Origin: Candidatus Bathyarchaeota archaeon | GTDB taxonomy: Archaea; Thermoproteota; Bathyarchaeia; 40CM-2-53-6; RBG-13-38-9 | Length of the DNA: 64,000 bases | Direction of reading: 5' to 3' | Assembly: GCA_963807605.1 (NCBI GenBank) | Contig: CAWECG010000003.1 | Span: forward strand, 256,001-320,000 | Part shown: positions 19,392-29,564 of the stretch, in pieces | Numbering within the stretch: the first letter of the stretch is position 1 | Layout: every line of letters begins with the position of its first letter | Position numbers and translations under genes: made by a program | Notes under the pieces: model-generated | What the model was told of the DNA's origin: nothing | The model's input: the letters and a program-made list of their open reading frames with translations, nothing else | The model's database searches: none

Positions 19392-19979
19392 CTACCTTGA
19401 TGCTTGGGCGACTCTCTCCATCTCATCGCGCTTCTTTATCGCAAAGCTCTTACTATCTCTGGAGGCGGCGTGGATGATCTCGTCAGCGAGAGCTTCATCC
19501 ACGGTCTTGGGGTTGCTGAAGGCTGCCTGTCTTGCTCCCTCAGCTAGATGGCGAAGAGCTAAGTCGACTCTCCGCTGAGGACCGATATCCACTGAGACCG
19601 GGTAGACGACGCCACCGTACGCTACACGAGTGATGTCCTCACATGGAGCTGACTTGGTAACAGCTTCTACAAGGACCTCGACCGGATTCTTCCCTGTCCT
19701 AAGGTGAACAATCTCAAGCGCATTCTTGACTATTCCTGTAGCCTTGGCCTTCTTTCCACCACATCTTCCGTGACGCATCATATTGTTCAGCAAACGTTCA
19801 ACGATATTGACATTAGACTTCATGAACCTCTGATGTTCATGCCTTCCACCGCTATGGGGGTTCTCGATGGGTTTGAGACCAATGTAACGCTGCAATCCAG
19901 CATCGTGAACCTCAATCCCTTCGAAGCTCCACTTGCCGAAGAGCTGAAAGGTAGGGCGAGCCTTCTCATCCTTACTCAA
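19392..19979 (-). CDS. rps7: 30S ribosomal protein uS7
   Basis: LFGKWS, NIVERL, PQRRVDLALR, ERVAQASR. Confidence 0.97.
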   Translation of the reverse strand: MSKDEKARPTFQLFGKWSFEGIEVHDAGLQRYIGLKPIENPHSGGRHEHQRFMKSNVNIVERLLNNMMRHGRCGGKKAKATGIVKNALEIVHLRTGKNPVEVLVEAVTKSAPCEDITRVAYGGVVYPVSVDIGPQRRVDLALRHLAEGARQAAFSNPKTVDEALADEIIHAASRDSKSFAIKKRDEMERVAQASR

Positions 19980-20084
19980 ACTATTCTAACACCAAACCTT
20001 GCGCGACTCCTATGAGAACTTGAAAACTCGATAATAAGGCTTTAGATTCACTCTGACAACAGTGGAGTCGTCATCTTTTTGAAA

Positions 20085-20410
20085 GGCGGCGGCGGCATCC
20101 CCAGAGGATTAGTACTCATCACAACAACGGAGTCCCAACGGCTTTCTGGACCCTGTTCTCCTGCCAGCGCCAAACCGTCCGCCTTACGATTGCTCTCTTC
20201 CGAGCCTCACCGGGTTCGACGGCAAAGAGATAGGTAACCTCCCTTCAGAGGCACCCCCTCCTCCGTCGGCCCAACAGGGCAGAGTTTCATCGTTAGCAAC
20301 TGGGCCCGATTGTTGGTCAGCAGCACCTTACCCCCAAGTTAACGGATCCCTGCGTGTAGCCGATTTCAGGTGACAAGGAACGGCTGGCTCCCCAATCCCC
20401 CGCCACCGCC
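20085..20410 (-). ncRNA. ffs: Archaeal signal recognition particle (7S) RNA
   Basis: Paired GC-rich ends (GGCGGTGGCG/GCCGCCGCC), Alu-like CTTGTCACCTGAAATCG, helix 6, GTCGAACCC, helix 8 GAGGCTCGGAAGAGAGCA; ~326 nt. Confidence 0.9.
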
Positions 20411-20436
20411 AGTGATAAACGCGCTTAAGCTCCCAA

Positions 20437-21369
20437 TTAAGCTTCCCGAGGAAGACACTCAATATCTCCGTTCCGCTCAAGGATCTCACATACTTTGCAT
20501 AGATCTCTACTTGTCCATTCGCCGCAGATCCTGCACGAATTAAGTTCTATCTTACGCCCGGCAAGTAGACTGCTCAACTTCATCTTTGAAGAGTAGGCTG
20601 TATGCTTCAAACCCGGATGCTTCTCCTCCAACCTGTTGAAGATCTCCCTCACCTCATTTCTCAAGGCTCTACTCCTATATGGACATGGGATACTCTGAAA
20701 CTCAAGACCTGTCAAATAGGCGTAGAGCGTTGTCTCACGTTCATAGATTTCGCTGAGAGGTTTGACTCTTGGGATGAATCTCCGGTTCGGATCGATAAGT
20801 ACAGGTCCTGTCCTCACCAACCTCTCAACGCCGCCGTGGAGAATGTTCAAGAGTGCAGTTTGAACCTCATCATCAAGATTATGTCCGGTAGCGATCTTGT
20901 CAGCTCCGATTGTTCTTGCAGCCTTCTCAAGGCCGCGTCTGCGAAGTACACCACAGTAGGAGCATGGAGCTAACTTCTTCTGTCTTTCAACGATCTCGTC
21001 AAGAGTCATCTGGAAAAGATCCTTGAATGAGAAGACCCAATGTTCCAACTTCAGAGAGTCAGCAAGGGTCTTGGCAAGGGATATAGCCTCGTCTCTGTAT
21101 TCTCTGATTCCTTCATCAATGGTTACAGCTGTGAGCCTTGACAGCGGAAATCTAGTCTTAAGTTTGCTCAGTATCAAGAGAAGGCTTAGGCTATCTTTGC
21201 CCCCTGAGACCGCGACAGCTATGTGGTCTCTAGGGTTAAACATCTGGTACTTGGAGATGGTGGATTGAACTTTATCTTCGACGCTTCGCCTAAAACATCT
21301 CTGGCAGAGATTAACCCCTTCATGCTCTCGTCTGTAGAAGGCTAACGACCCACAGAAGTTGCACAGCAA
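20437..21369 (-). CDS. TtuA/Ctu1(Ncs6)-family tRNA 2-thiolation protein
   Basis: CxxC zinc fingers at both ends, SGGKDS PP-loop, CSYCGVLRR, TGHNLDD, CPY. Confidence 0.92.
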   Translation of the reverse strand: MLCNFCGSLAFYRREHEGVNLCQRCFRRSVEDKVQSTISKYQMFNPRDHIAVAVSGGKDSLSLLLILSKLKTRFPLSRLTAVTIDEGIREYRDEAISLAKTLADSLKLEHWVFSFKDLFQMTLDEIVERQKKLAPCSYCGVLRRRGLEKAARTIGADKIATGHNLDDEVQTALLNILHGGVERLVRTGPVLIDPNRRFIPRVKPLSEIYERETTLYAYLTGLEFQSIPCPYRSRALRNEVREIFNRLEEKHPGLKHTAYSSKMKLSSLLAGRKIELNSCRICGEWTSRDLCKVCEILERNGDIECLPREA

Positions 21370-21378
21370 CGGATTTCA

Positions 21379-22536
21379 CTAGATCCTTACTAAACCGAAG
21401 TTAAAGTATGATAGAACTAGGTTCAAGCCCAAGACAGTCAGAAACACTATACTCAGAGCGATCCTGACATACTTGGCGGCTGCCTCTGATCTTGAGCTTA
21501 TGAGAGAGTGGACTATCTTATCGCCATCGAGTGGGTACAAGGGCAATGTGTTGAATATGGCAATCCAGACCAACAGGGCAGACGTCCAGTATTCTGACCA
21601 ATAAATATGGTAAGGTAAGTCTTTGGGGAGAAAAATCAAATTCGGCGCGAAGTAATTGAACGGATAGACGCCTAGCAGAGCTCTACTCAAATTCTGGGGG
21701 TTGGGTTGAGCCGTAACATCGATAGAACCGCGATCGGTTCTCAAAGATAGGACTGTTCCCGGCCTGACATTAAGCATGAAAGCTCCCAGTTCAGCGACGT
21801 TACGAATAGGCTGGTTGTTGATGGCGTAGATGACGTCCCATTTTCTTATTCCGGCCTTTTCGGAACCCCCGTTTTCAACCACTCCAGAGACCAGAATCCC
21901 TGTTGGACCATGGTACAGTGGGCTGATTGTTAGAGCAAAGTTGGCCAGCAGAAGTATGACAACCCCCCAGGCTACGATATTTGCTGAGGAGCCCGCTGCG
22001 AAGACCCTCAGCTTGGTAGCGAGTCTCGATTTCTCAAGCTTCTCATCATCTAATTCACACGCCCCTCCAGGAATAAGGACGGCAAAGAAGACCGCAACAG
22101 ACTTGATCGAAACACCATCTACCAAGCTTGCGATCGCGTGAGCGAATTCATGAGTTATAAGAACAACAGCCAAGGCCACGATGATGTACGGCAACGTTTC
22201 CAAACTGACCGTTACCCCCGGAATAAGTAAGACCATACCTGCTGCCTGTGGAGCTCTGGTGGTTAGGTCAAGCAAGTTATGTGATAGAAAATAGATTATG
22301 AAACCCATCTGACCAAAAGCTAAGACCACACCGAGATTCCATATGATTCTCCAAATTCGCACCCTCTTCTGAGAAAGCGAATTCAGGCTCTCATTAAGAC
22401 GAGACGTTCTAATCATCAAGAAGAGAGGCTCGACAGTTACACCTCTCTTCTCCCAAACGAATATCCTTGACAGTATGTAAAGCAAAGCCCAAGCAGCAAG
22501 ATAGACCAAGACTGTGAAGATGATGTCAGGCATCAC
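21379..22536 (-). CDS. Site-2 protease (M50) with PDZ domain
   Basis: HEFAH, AAGSSAN, FNTLPLYPLDG. Confidence 0.92.
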   Translation of the reverse strand: MMPDIIFTVLVYLAAWALLYILSRIFVWEKRGVTVEPLFLMIRTSRLNESLNSLSQKRVRIWRIIWNLGVVLAFGQMGFIIYFLSHNLLDLTTRAPQAAGMVLLIPGVTVSLETLPYIIVALAVVLITHEFAHAIASLVDGVSIKSVAVFFAVLIPGGACELDDEKLEKSRLATKLRVFAAGSSANIVAWGVVILLLANFALTISPLYHGPTGILVSGVVENGGSEKAGIRKWDVIYAINNQPIRNVAELGAFMLNVRPGTVLSLRTDRGSIDVTAQPNPQNLSRALLGVYPFNYFAPNLIFLPKDLPYHIYWSEYWTSALLVWIAIFNTLPLYPLDGDKIVHSLISSRSEAAAKYVRIALSIVFLTVLGLNLVLSYFNFGLVRI

Positions 22537-22715
22537 AGTCCCTCAATATCCGGCAACTGTCTCTGAGCGAACTCATAGTGCATGATGACACCGACAACTC
22601 TGATTATCTGCGATTCTTAGCATGTGATGGATAATCATCTATTAAACTTGTAGAAAGAACACGACTATTGTGTTGACGAGAGCGCGCTTATGACGGACCC
22701 AGCCCTAATCAGCCT

Positions 22716-23795
22716 CTAGGCCTCTCGATGCTTAGCATACCTCAGTAGACCAGCTACTCCGCCGAGCGATTCGAGTTTTCTTCCTCCCTCGTGGCCTGTG
22801 CTAATGATCACTACTTTTCCTCCTTTGGTCTCAACCGTTCGTAATGTCTCCTCCAGCTTTCGCCTATCCTCTCCCTCAAGACCTCTCAAGGTTTGATCAG
22901 AGACGAGTATCGTTTCAACAGCACCTGAGGCTGCATCCTCTGAGACTTCATCAACACCGTAAGAGATATCGCCGGTCGAGGCACCCAGTCTGGACAGAAC
23001 CTCCTCGACAAGTTCGAGCTCCCTCATGCTTCTTGCGCTGCGTAAAACCTTGCTTATGAGACCGACTCGAAGAGCCTCGAAGACCCCTGCAGACCCCCCG
23101 CTGCTGACACTCTTGACCGCAGCAACATCATCAGCGAGGCTTGGGAAGTTGTTCTTTAAGTACCTCGCAAGATGCTCTTTTGCAAAGGCAGGCCCGACTA
23201 TCACTATCTGACCTGCTACACTGAATTTGATCCTCGCCAAAGCGCTTGATATCTCTGATAGATATTTCGCCATGGCTTGTTCACGTTTCTCAGCCTCACG
23301 CTTGCCGGGCATTCTAGAATTGAGTTCAATCTTAATCTCAACACCCAGTCTGCGTGAGACTCCTATCGCGCACTCTTCATTGTCGAGTGCGACAATTATC
23401 ACGGGAAACTCTAAGGTAGCAGCCTTCTTTATACTCTCAAGTTCGTGCCGCGCCCAACTCTTCTTGATGATCTTGACTGTGCCCCCCGGAGAGAGGCTGA
23501 GGGTATGGTGTGAACTTAGGATGCCTAGATCATCAGGAGCTTCCATCACAACTCCGTGGATGCGCAACCGGACAAGATCTTTGTCGAAGTAGACTTTCTC
23601 AACCTTTATACCGAGAGTCGCGGGGACCCGTCTACTGGAAGGTCTGCTGGCGTCCTCGGTCTTCACTTCACGCGTCGTCTTGGAAAAGACGACATCATCC
23701 TTTCTCACTATGTTGTAGAGTGTCCAAAGATCATCCAGATCATCAAGAGAGACCTGAATGGTCTCGTGTTTGAGATCCTCCGACAGAATCCTCAA
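22716..23795 (-). CDS. pelA: mRNA surveillance protein pelota
   Basis: DLDDLWTLY, RLRIHG, HHTL, YGVDEV, GGVAGLLRY. Confidence 0.95.
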   Translation of the reverse strand: MRILSEDLKHETIQVSLDDLDDLWTLYNIVRKDDVVFSKTTREVKTEDASRPSSRRVPATLGIKVEKVYFDKDLVRLRIHGVVMEAPDDLGILSSHHTLSLSPGGTVKIIKKSWARHELESIKKAATLEFPVIIVALDNEECAIGVSRRLGVEIKIELNSRMPGKREAEKREQAMAKYLSEISSALARIKFSVAGQIVIVGPAFAKEHLARYLKNNFPSLADDVAAVKSVSSGGSAGVFEALRVGLISKVLRSARSMRELELVEEVLSRLGASTGDISYGVDEVSEDAASGAVETILVSDQTLRGLEGEDRRKLEETLRTVETKGGKVVIISTGHEGGRKLESLGGVAGLLRYAKHREA

Positions 23796-24049
23796 GAATC
23801 TACCAGATCCATCTCAGTTCAAATCTCAGTTGAAGCATTGGCCTCTATACCTAGACTATTTGTATGAAGATGTGTGTTTGAATCATAAATTATCATATTC
23901 CAGAGGATAAGATTGTTGATGAATTAGACAACTGCTTATCAGCCACACGATGAGGCAGTAGCGTGTCTGCTGCTTTATCTATGAGTCCCTAGCGGAAGAA
24001 TTTAAGCGATTGTCGGATGCAAATCTCGAATGAAACAGCTGACTTTGTG

Positions 24050-24340
24050 TTACAGTGCTTTGATCTTGGCGTAAAAATCGATTAGCACCTTTGTCCTCTC
24101 GGAGATCTCGTTCAAACTGATTATTTTCATACCCTGGTCAAATCTATCTGATAGGACTATCTGTTCCTTTATCAGCGGCTCGATAACCCTCGCTATTGTT
24201 GATGGCGAGAGCCCAAGGATGTTGGCAAGAAGCGACTGATTGAAAATCTTACCTCTATTCTCCAACATATATTCAAGGAGCTTCACAGTCGCCCAAGACT
24301 GGAAAATATCTGTGAGTCTTACCAACTTAACCTTCCACAC
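24050..24340 (-). CDS. Winged-helix DNA-binding protein
   Basis: FNQSLLANILGLSPSTIARVIEPL HTH. Confidence 0.8.
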   Translation of the reverse strand: MWKVKLVRLTDIFQSWATVKLLEYMLENRGKIFNQSLLANILGLSPSTIARVIEPLIKEQIVLSDRFDQGMKIISLNEISERTKVLIDFYAKIKAL

Positions 24341-24347
24341 GAATTAG

Positions 24348-25028
24348 TTAGAAGATCACTTTTGTGCCGACCTTCTTTCCTTCAACTGCGCGTATCAGGT
24401 TTTCAGGATTCTCAGCATTGAGGATTAACGTTGGAATTTTTGAGCGGCCAATTATCTTGACTGCCACTGGGTCCAAGAGTTTGTATCCGCCAGCTGAAGT
24501 TCCCTCCCTTAGGACGAGTTTAAGCAGATCTTCAACACTCACCTCTTCCAGCCTCTTTGCACTTGGATCGAGTTTGGGGTCGCTGGTGTATACTCCATCA
24601 ACGTCGGTAGCATTTATCAACATCTCAGCGCCAGCAACTTCCGCTGCAACAGCGGCAACGGCATTCGTCGACTGACCTGGTTGAAGACCCCCTATCACAA
24701 CAATTTTGCCAGACTGACAGAAACTTCTCAGCTCCTCAACATTTTCAGGAACTTGGGGATAAGCATCATTGCCAAGCGCAGATATGAGCAAATTAGCATT
24801 GAGCCGTGCGAAACGAATTCCAACCTCATCACAATAAGACTCATCACCGCCAAGTCGCCTAGCCGCCTCGATGTACGTTCTAGCGTTTACGCCGCCGCCT
24901 GTCACGACGACAAGACTGTGACCATTATTCCTCAATCTCTTCAAGACGGCGGAGAATTCCTGGATCCTCTCGATATTGAGTCCAGATGGGAAGAGATAGC
25001 CGCCAAGCTTGATAACTAATCTCATCAC
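24348..25028 (-). CDS. pyrH: UMP kinase
   Basis: VIKLGG, VTGGG..AR.YI, PGQSTNAVA, TDVDGVYTSDPK, VGTKV. Confidence 0.95.
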   Translation of the reverse strand: MMRLVIKLGGYLFPSGLNIERIQEFSAVLKRLRNNGHSLVVVTGGGVNARTYIEAARRLGGDESYCDEVGIRFARLNANLLISALGNDAYPQVPENVEELRSFCQSGKIVVIGGLQPGQSTNAVAAVAAEVAGAEMLINATDVDGVYTSDPKLDPSAKRLEEVSVEDLLKLVLREGTSAGGYKLLDPVAVKIIGRSKIPTLILNAENPENLIRAVEGKKVGTKVIF

Positions 25029-25415
25029 TCTTTACCCGAACAAGTGAAGGAATCGATTCTCCACTTATTTAAGACCGATACACTGTCGACAGGATCCAAT
25101 GCTTCTTGCCTGTCATCGATGTACTAATCGCCTTTTCGTGAATGTGCCTCTTCTATCAGGAGTATGCCTAGGAGTCCTGCTAGGACTAGAACAGAGGCTG
25201 TTCTCAGTTAGTTGCGTAGGTTGCATCACAGCCATAGTGCCTGCGAGGCCGGAGCCTAGTGCCATGGCTATGTCTGATGTCGACCAGATGAGGGTTGAAA
25301 CTAAACCAGTACGCGCGCGCGTCTCGACATACCAGTATTGTCAGGACGCCTTTTGAAGGAGTCAAGACTTTGTTTTGTTTCCGGCAAAAAATCAGGGGGG
25401 CTTGAACTCAGATCG

Positions 25416-25509
25416 TGGTGGGCCGGGGGAGATTTGAACTCCCGACCTTGCGGCCTTTCAGGTTTCCGCGTGTAAGGCGGACGTTCTAGCCAAGCTGAAC
25501 TACCGACCC
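25416..25509 (-). tRNA. tRNA-Val(TAC) with a non-canonical 16-nt intron at 44/45 and encoded CCA
   Basis: Cloverleaf with anticodon loop CTTACAC; removing 25448-25463 gives a 78-nt tRNA; BHB central helix GCGG/CCGC. Confidence 0.93.
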
Positions 25510-25622
25510 AGCAAAGTTCTCTGTTATTTCCCCTGTCTTGATATAGGTTTCTGGCCTATACCCTTCCTCACACTGTTCGGATGTGATAAGACCTGACCGT
25601 CGACAAAGAGATTTCACCACTA

Positions 25623-26366
25623 TTGAATACGATCCTTGAAAGACGGAGTATACGACGCTTTGCCAAAAGACCGGTCTCTCAAAAGACACTCAAGACTATA
25701 ATAAACGCTGGGCAACGAGCACCAACATCCTGCGGAACCCAGTTCTACAGCTTCATAGAAGTCAGAAGCATGACGAAGAGGAGAGCAATCACGGAACTTG
25801 TTGGCGAGAACCAAGCCTTGGAATCGGCTCCAATCTGGCTATTCGTGTGCTGCGATGCAGCGCGCCCGATGAAGATATTTGAGATGCTTAACATAGACTG
25901 TCACCTGGGTGAGGTGACGAGGCTTGTTCACAGCCTGATAGACGCATCACTTGCAGCCCAGAACATAGTGATCGCCTCGGAGGCACTCGGCCTCGCTTCG
26001 GTCTTTACAATCTATCATTGGATGGCTCTTGGAGAAATTGCTGGTCTTTTGCGCCTACCAGATAATGTTCTGCCACTCCTACTATTGTGCATAGGCTATC
26101 CGGCGGAGAAGCCCCCTCTTCGACCGAGATGGGGAACTGAGATTGTTTTTCATGTGAATAGGTACGGGCTGCCAGCCAAGGAGACTATGCTGAGACATTA
26201 CAGCAAGAGCAACACGTCCCTTGTCAGAATGGGTTATTTCAGTAAAGGAGTCGAGAGTCTTGCCCAACACTGGCAAAGGAAATTCTTAACAAATGACATG
26301 ATTCTTCGCGAAAGGAAATTAAGGAGAGAACTTAAGAAACTAGGCTTCCTTCCAAAGACGCTTTGA
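25623..26366 (+). CDS. Nitroreductase family protein (NfsA-like)
   Basis: RRSIRRF, APTS..Q.YS.I, DASLAAQN, IGYP. Confidence 0.9.
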   Translation: MNTILERRSIRRFAKRPVSQKTLKTIINAGQRAPTSCGTQFYSFIEVRSMTKRRAITELVGENQALESAPIWLFVCCDAARPMKIFEMLNIDCHLGEVTRLVHSLIDASLAAQNIVIASEALGLASVFTIYHWMALGEIAGLLRLPDNVLPLLLLCIGYPAEKPPLRPRWGTEIVFHVNRYGLPAKETMLRHYSKSNTSLVRMGYFSKGVESLAQHWQRKFLTNDMILRERKLRRELKKLGFLPKTL

Positions 26367-26388
26367 ATAAGAAGGTTACGGGAAAACA

Positions 26389-27129
26389 TTGCCAAAAGCC
26401 AAAAAGCGAAACGTGACCAGAACCAAGGCGGTGCTGTTCGATCTTGACGAGACTCTGATAGATTCTATCCAAGGTCACACCGGAGCCCATGCCACTGTAT
26501 GCAGGATCCTCGCCCAGTTCTTGGCAAGGAAAAAGGTCATGATCGACGAAAGAGAACTGCTCCCAAAGATGTCAACCCTTGATGACGAAATGAATAAGAA
26601 ATTCATTTATGATCGTGATGTGTGGTGGCCTAGACTCATCAAGACGATCGCGCCAAAGGTATCGCTTCCTAGAAGTCTAGTCAAGAGACTGACTAGGGCC
26701 TACTGGCTGGCGTACGCTTCAGATGCGAAACCTTACTCAGATACAGTATCGACGCTCAATTGCCTGAAGAAGAAAGGATACCTGCTCGGTCTATTGTCAG
26801 ATACGGATCACCTCCCAGGAATGAAGCGGTACAGAATAGAGATACAACCGTTCAAACATCTCTTCAACCTCACCTTGGTCTCAGGGGAAGAGACAAAAGA
26901 GACGAAGCCAAGTTCTGAACCCTTCTTGGTTGCGGCAGATAAACTCGGTGTGAAACCCGAGGAGTGCATCTTTGTGGGCGACAAACCCTTCGCAGATGTA
27001 AAAGGTGCGAAGAAAGCAAGAATGAAGACAGTTCTCATTCATAGACGCGAATGGGGATCCACGATCAAGGCGGATTACACAATAAAGTCGCTGAGCGAGC
27101 TCAAAAACATTCTACGAAATGAGTCATGA
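26389..27129 (+). CDS. HAD-superfamily hydrolase
   Basis: FDLDETL, KP, VGDKPFADVKGA. Confidence 0.92.
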   Translation: MPKAKKRNVTRTKAVLFDLDETLIDSIQGHTGAHATVCRILAQFLARKKVMIDERELLPKMSTLDDEMNKKFIYDRDVWWPRLIKTIAPKVSLPRSLVKRLTRAYWLAYASDAKPYSDTVSTLNCLKKKGYLLGLLSDTDHLPGMKRYRIEIQPFKHLFNLTLVSGEETKETKPSSEPFLVAADKLGVKPEECIFVGDKPFADVKGAKKARMKTVLIHRREWGSTIKADYTIKSLSELKNILRNES

Positions 27130-27182
27130 ATCGCCAAATCCCTTCCGGGAATTTGATGTATCTTCTCCCAGTGACTGGTTTG

Positions 27183-28292
27183 TTAGACGACGGTTAACTC
27201 AGTTGGATATTTCGTCAGGGGTCTGCAGCCATTCTTGGTTATAACTACAACATCCTCTATCCTTATGCCGAGTCTACCTGGAACGTATAGCCCCGGCTCT
27301 ATGCTGAAGGCCATGCCTTGTTCAAGCGTGGTCTTATCGCCTTCGCGTATGTATGGGGACTCATGTACCTCCAAACCGACGCCGTGACCAGTTCTGTGAA
27401 CAAGATACTTGCCATATCCCGCCTTCATAATGGCTCTCCTAGCTATGTGATCGATGGTCCCAGCAGCCACTCCTGGACGAACAGTGTTTATCGCCTCTTC
27501 GTGTGCCTCACGAACCGCATCATAGATTCTGCCCATCTTTGAGGCTAATCTTTTGACTACAAGTGTCCTTGTAAAGTCGGCGCAGTAACGGCCATATGTG
27601 GCTCCAAGGTCAAAGACAACGAAGTCGCCTTCTCTAATCTTCCTATCGCTGCTTGTATGATGTGGGAAGGCACCATTCGGTCCTGAACCCACAATAGTCT
27701 CAAAGGCTGTTCCCTCGGAGCCTCTTACACGCATCTCATACTCAAGTCGAGCGGTTAACTCAAACTCCCTCTTTCCTCCTCTTAGTTCAGGAAGCGTCGT
27801 TTCCAGTGCTATTTCGGAAAGCTTTGCTGCTTTCTCCATAAGACCGATCTCATTCTCCGACTTGTATATCCTCATCTGGTTCAGTATTGTTGAAGTTGAT
27901 GTGAATCTGGCCTTTGGCGCAGCCTCCTGAAAGAGTCTGAAACTGCTCACTGGTAGCCGATCATGAACCGCAATGTTTCCGGTGAGCAATCGGAACTCAC
28001 GAAGTATCTTCTTGAGTTGGTTCATCAACTTGATGTTTTCAGCCCATATCCTGACATTCTTTATCCAAGATTCCGTCTTGACCTGACCGGCGTAGAGCTT
28101 TGGGACTATGAACAATGGAGGATCCGTTTGCGAGATTATGCAAAGAAGCAGTCGTTCAAGTGGGGCTGTCCAGAATCCTGTCAAGTAATACATGTCCGCC
28201 GAAGGGGAGAGACAAAGCGCATCAACACCCTTTTCATCCATTACCTTCTTTGCTCGAAGGCAGCGTTCTCTGAATTCGTCTTGGCTTATCAT
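27183..28292 (-). CDS. Xaa-Pro peptidase (M24)
   Basis: PHH, DLG, DFTRT, HRTGHGVGLEVHE, SIEPG, RIEDVV. Confidence 0.95.
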   Translation of the reverse strand: MISQDEFRERCLRAKKVMDEKGVDALCLSPSADMYYLTGFWTAPLERLLLCIISQTDPPLFIVPKLYAGQVKTESWIKNVRIWAENIKLMNQLKKILREFRLLTGNIAVHDRLPVSSFRLFQEAAPKARFTSTSTILNQMRIYKSENEIGLMEKAAKLSEIALETTLPELRGGKREFELTARLEYEMRVRGSEGTAFETIVGSGPNGAFPHHTSSDRKIREGDFVVFDLGATYGRYCADFTRTLVVKRLASKMGRIYDAVREAHEEAINTVRPGVAAGTIDHIARRAIMKAGYGKYLVHRTGHGVGLEVHESPYIREGDKTTLEQGMAFSIEPGLYVPGRLGIRIEDVVVITKNGCRPLTKYPTELTVV

Positions 28293-28380
28293 TTGTCAAT
28301 CCTATCCTAGCTTGTCCAGTAATAGGCATCGCCTTGTCGCAGGCATAGGCGTAATCTGCATAGTGTGAGGCATCAGCTCG

Positions 28381-28614
28381 TCATCGAAGATATCTACTTA
28401 ATACGAAAAGGAGCAGGGACACTATAGAAATTATGATGAGTATTGGTGAGGTTGCGAAGTAAAAGTTGTCGCTTCGGTAGGTCCACCAGATTATTGGTGG
28501 AATCTTCTCGAGAGACGGGAAGGATCTAGAGACAACCGGGATCATAATCAATAGGAATCCGAGAAGGATGAGGAGTAAACCAAGTACTGTAAATGCCCCG
28601 TATTCTTCCGGCAT
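28381..28614 (-). CDS. Small membrane protein (DUF2905-like)
   Basis: Two TM helices around NFYFATSP. Confidence 0.65.
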   Translation of the reverse strand: MPEEYGAFTVLGLLLILLGFLLIMIPVVSRSFPSLEKIPPIIWWTYRSDNFYFATSPILIIISIVSLLLFVLSRYLR

Positions 28615-28888
28615 TCTCTACACCTTTCCTGGTTCATTCTGTGACGTTTACTCTTGCGGATCGGTGGGCTCAGACTTGCTCTGACTATCCCACATTATCT
28701 TCTGTACTCCTAATCTATATATGCAGACGATCATAGAGTCATCGTTGAGCCTAAAAAAGACGAGAAAGCGCAGGAAGGCGTAAAAGCGTAAAGTAAAAGT
28801 CATCAAAGCAAGAATAAGAGATAATATGGATAGATTTTTAGTAATCCATACTGAGCTCTGGAGAATCGCTTACTCACGTCGGACTGTC

Positions 28889-28950
28889 TTATCCCTTAAG
28901 GGATAAACCTTTATCCTTAAAGGGATAATTACTTATCCCAAAGGGGATAA
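28889..28950. promoter_or_regulatory. Three tandem 18-bp palindromes TTATCC-N6-GGATAA, probable autoregulatory operator of the MNT-HEPN operon
   Basis: 28889-28906, 28911-28928, 28933-28950; exact 22-bp period; ends 2 bp before the ATG. Confidence 0.8.
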
Positions 28951-28952
28951 AC

Positions 28953-29564
28953 ATGGAGTCGCCGCTGTCGAAAACAGATATAGCGATACTAAAGTTCCTC
29001 ACAGCCAACTTGACCAAGGACTTCACGATTCTAAAGATAGCTGAGAATACTGGCAAGACCATTAGGCTAACTTACGCAGCGGTTAGGAAACTCGTAGAGA
29101 GGAGAATCATCATCAGGGAGGAGAAAGCCAACCTTAAGCTATGCAGATTAAATCTCAAGTTACCTCAAATAATATCTTACGTTGAGTCTATTCGTTGGCA
29201 TGACTTTGCCAAAAAAAATGGAGAAGTCAATCTCGTCGTATCCGACATAATCGAAAAATCCAGTCTTCCTTATTTCACGATATTGGTCTTCGGTTCTTAT
29301 GCGAGAGGTGTTGCGACGAAAGCCTCAGATGTGGATCTTCTCATCATAATACCTGACAAGAAGTTCGAGGATATCTTTGAAGTAGCCGTCAAATCTGCCA
29401 AATCCCTTACCACAATTACATTACACCATATCATTGTGTCTTACCAAGAGTTTCTGGCGATGCTTAGTGAGAAGAAGACTAATGTAGCCAAGGAGGTTCT
29501 GGAAACAAGATACATAACTTACGGCGCAGAGCAATTCTACACTATAGTAGGACGAGGATTATGA
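28953..29564 (+). CDS. wHTH plus minimal nucleotidyltransferase (MntA-like antitoxin)
   Basis: N-terminal HTH; GS-X10-DXD (FGSYARGVATKASDVD). Confidence 0.88.
   Translation: MESPLSKTDIAILKFLTANLTKDFTILKIAENTGKTIRLTYAAVRKLVERRIIIREEKANLKLCRLNLKLPQIISYVESIRWHDFAKKNGEVNLVVSDIIEKSSLPYFTILVFGSYARGVATKASDVDLLIIIPDKKFEDIFEVAVKSAKSLTTITLHHIIVSYQEFLAMLSEKKTNVAKEVLETRYITYGAEQFYTIVGRGL

Noticed and set aside
20085-20410. RNase P RNA
   Set aside because: It lacks the P4 signature (GAGGAAAGTCC...); the helix 6 and helix 8 motifs identify SRP RNA.
22582-22630. C/D box sRNA (ATGATGA-11nt-CTGA)
   Set aside because: Only one box pair is clear; no convincing second C'/D pair, and the guide target could not be verified.
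28889-28950. Mini CRISPR array
   Set aside because: Repeats are 18 bp with 4-bp spacers and there are no cas genes; this fits an operator array.
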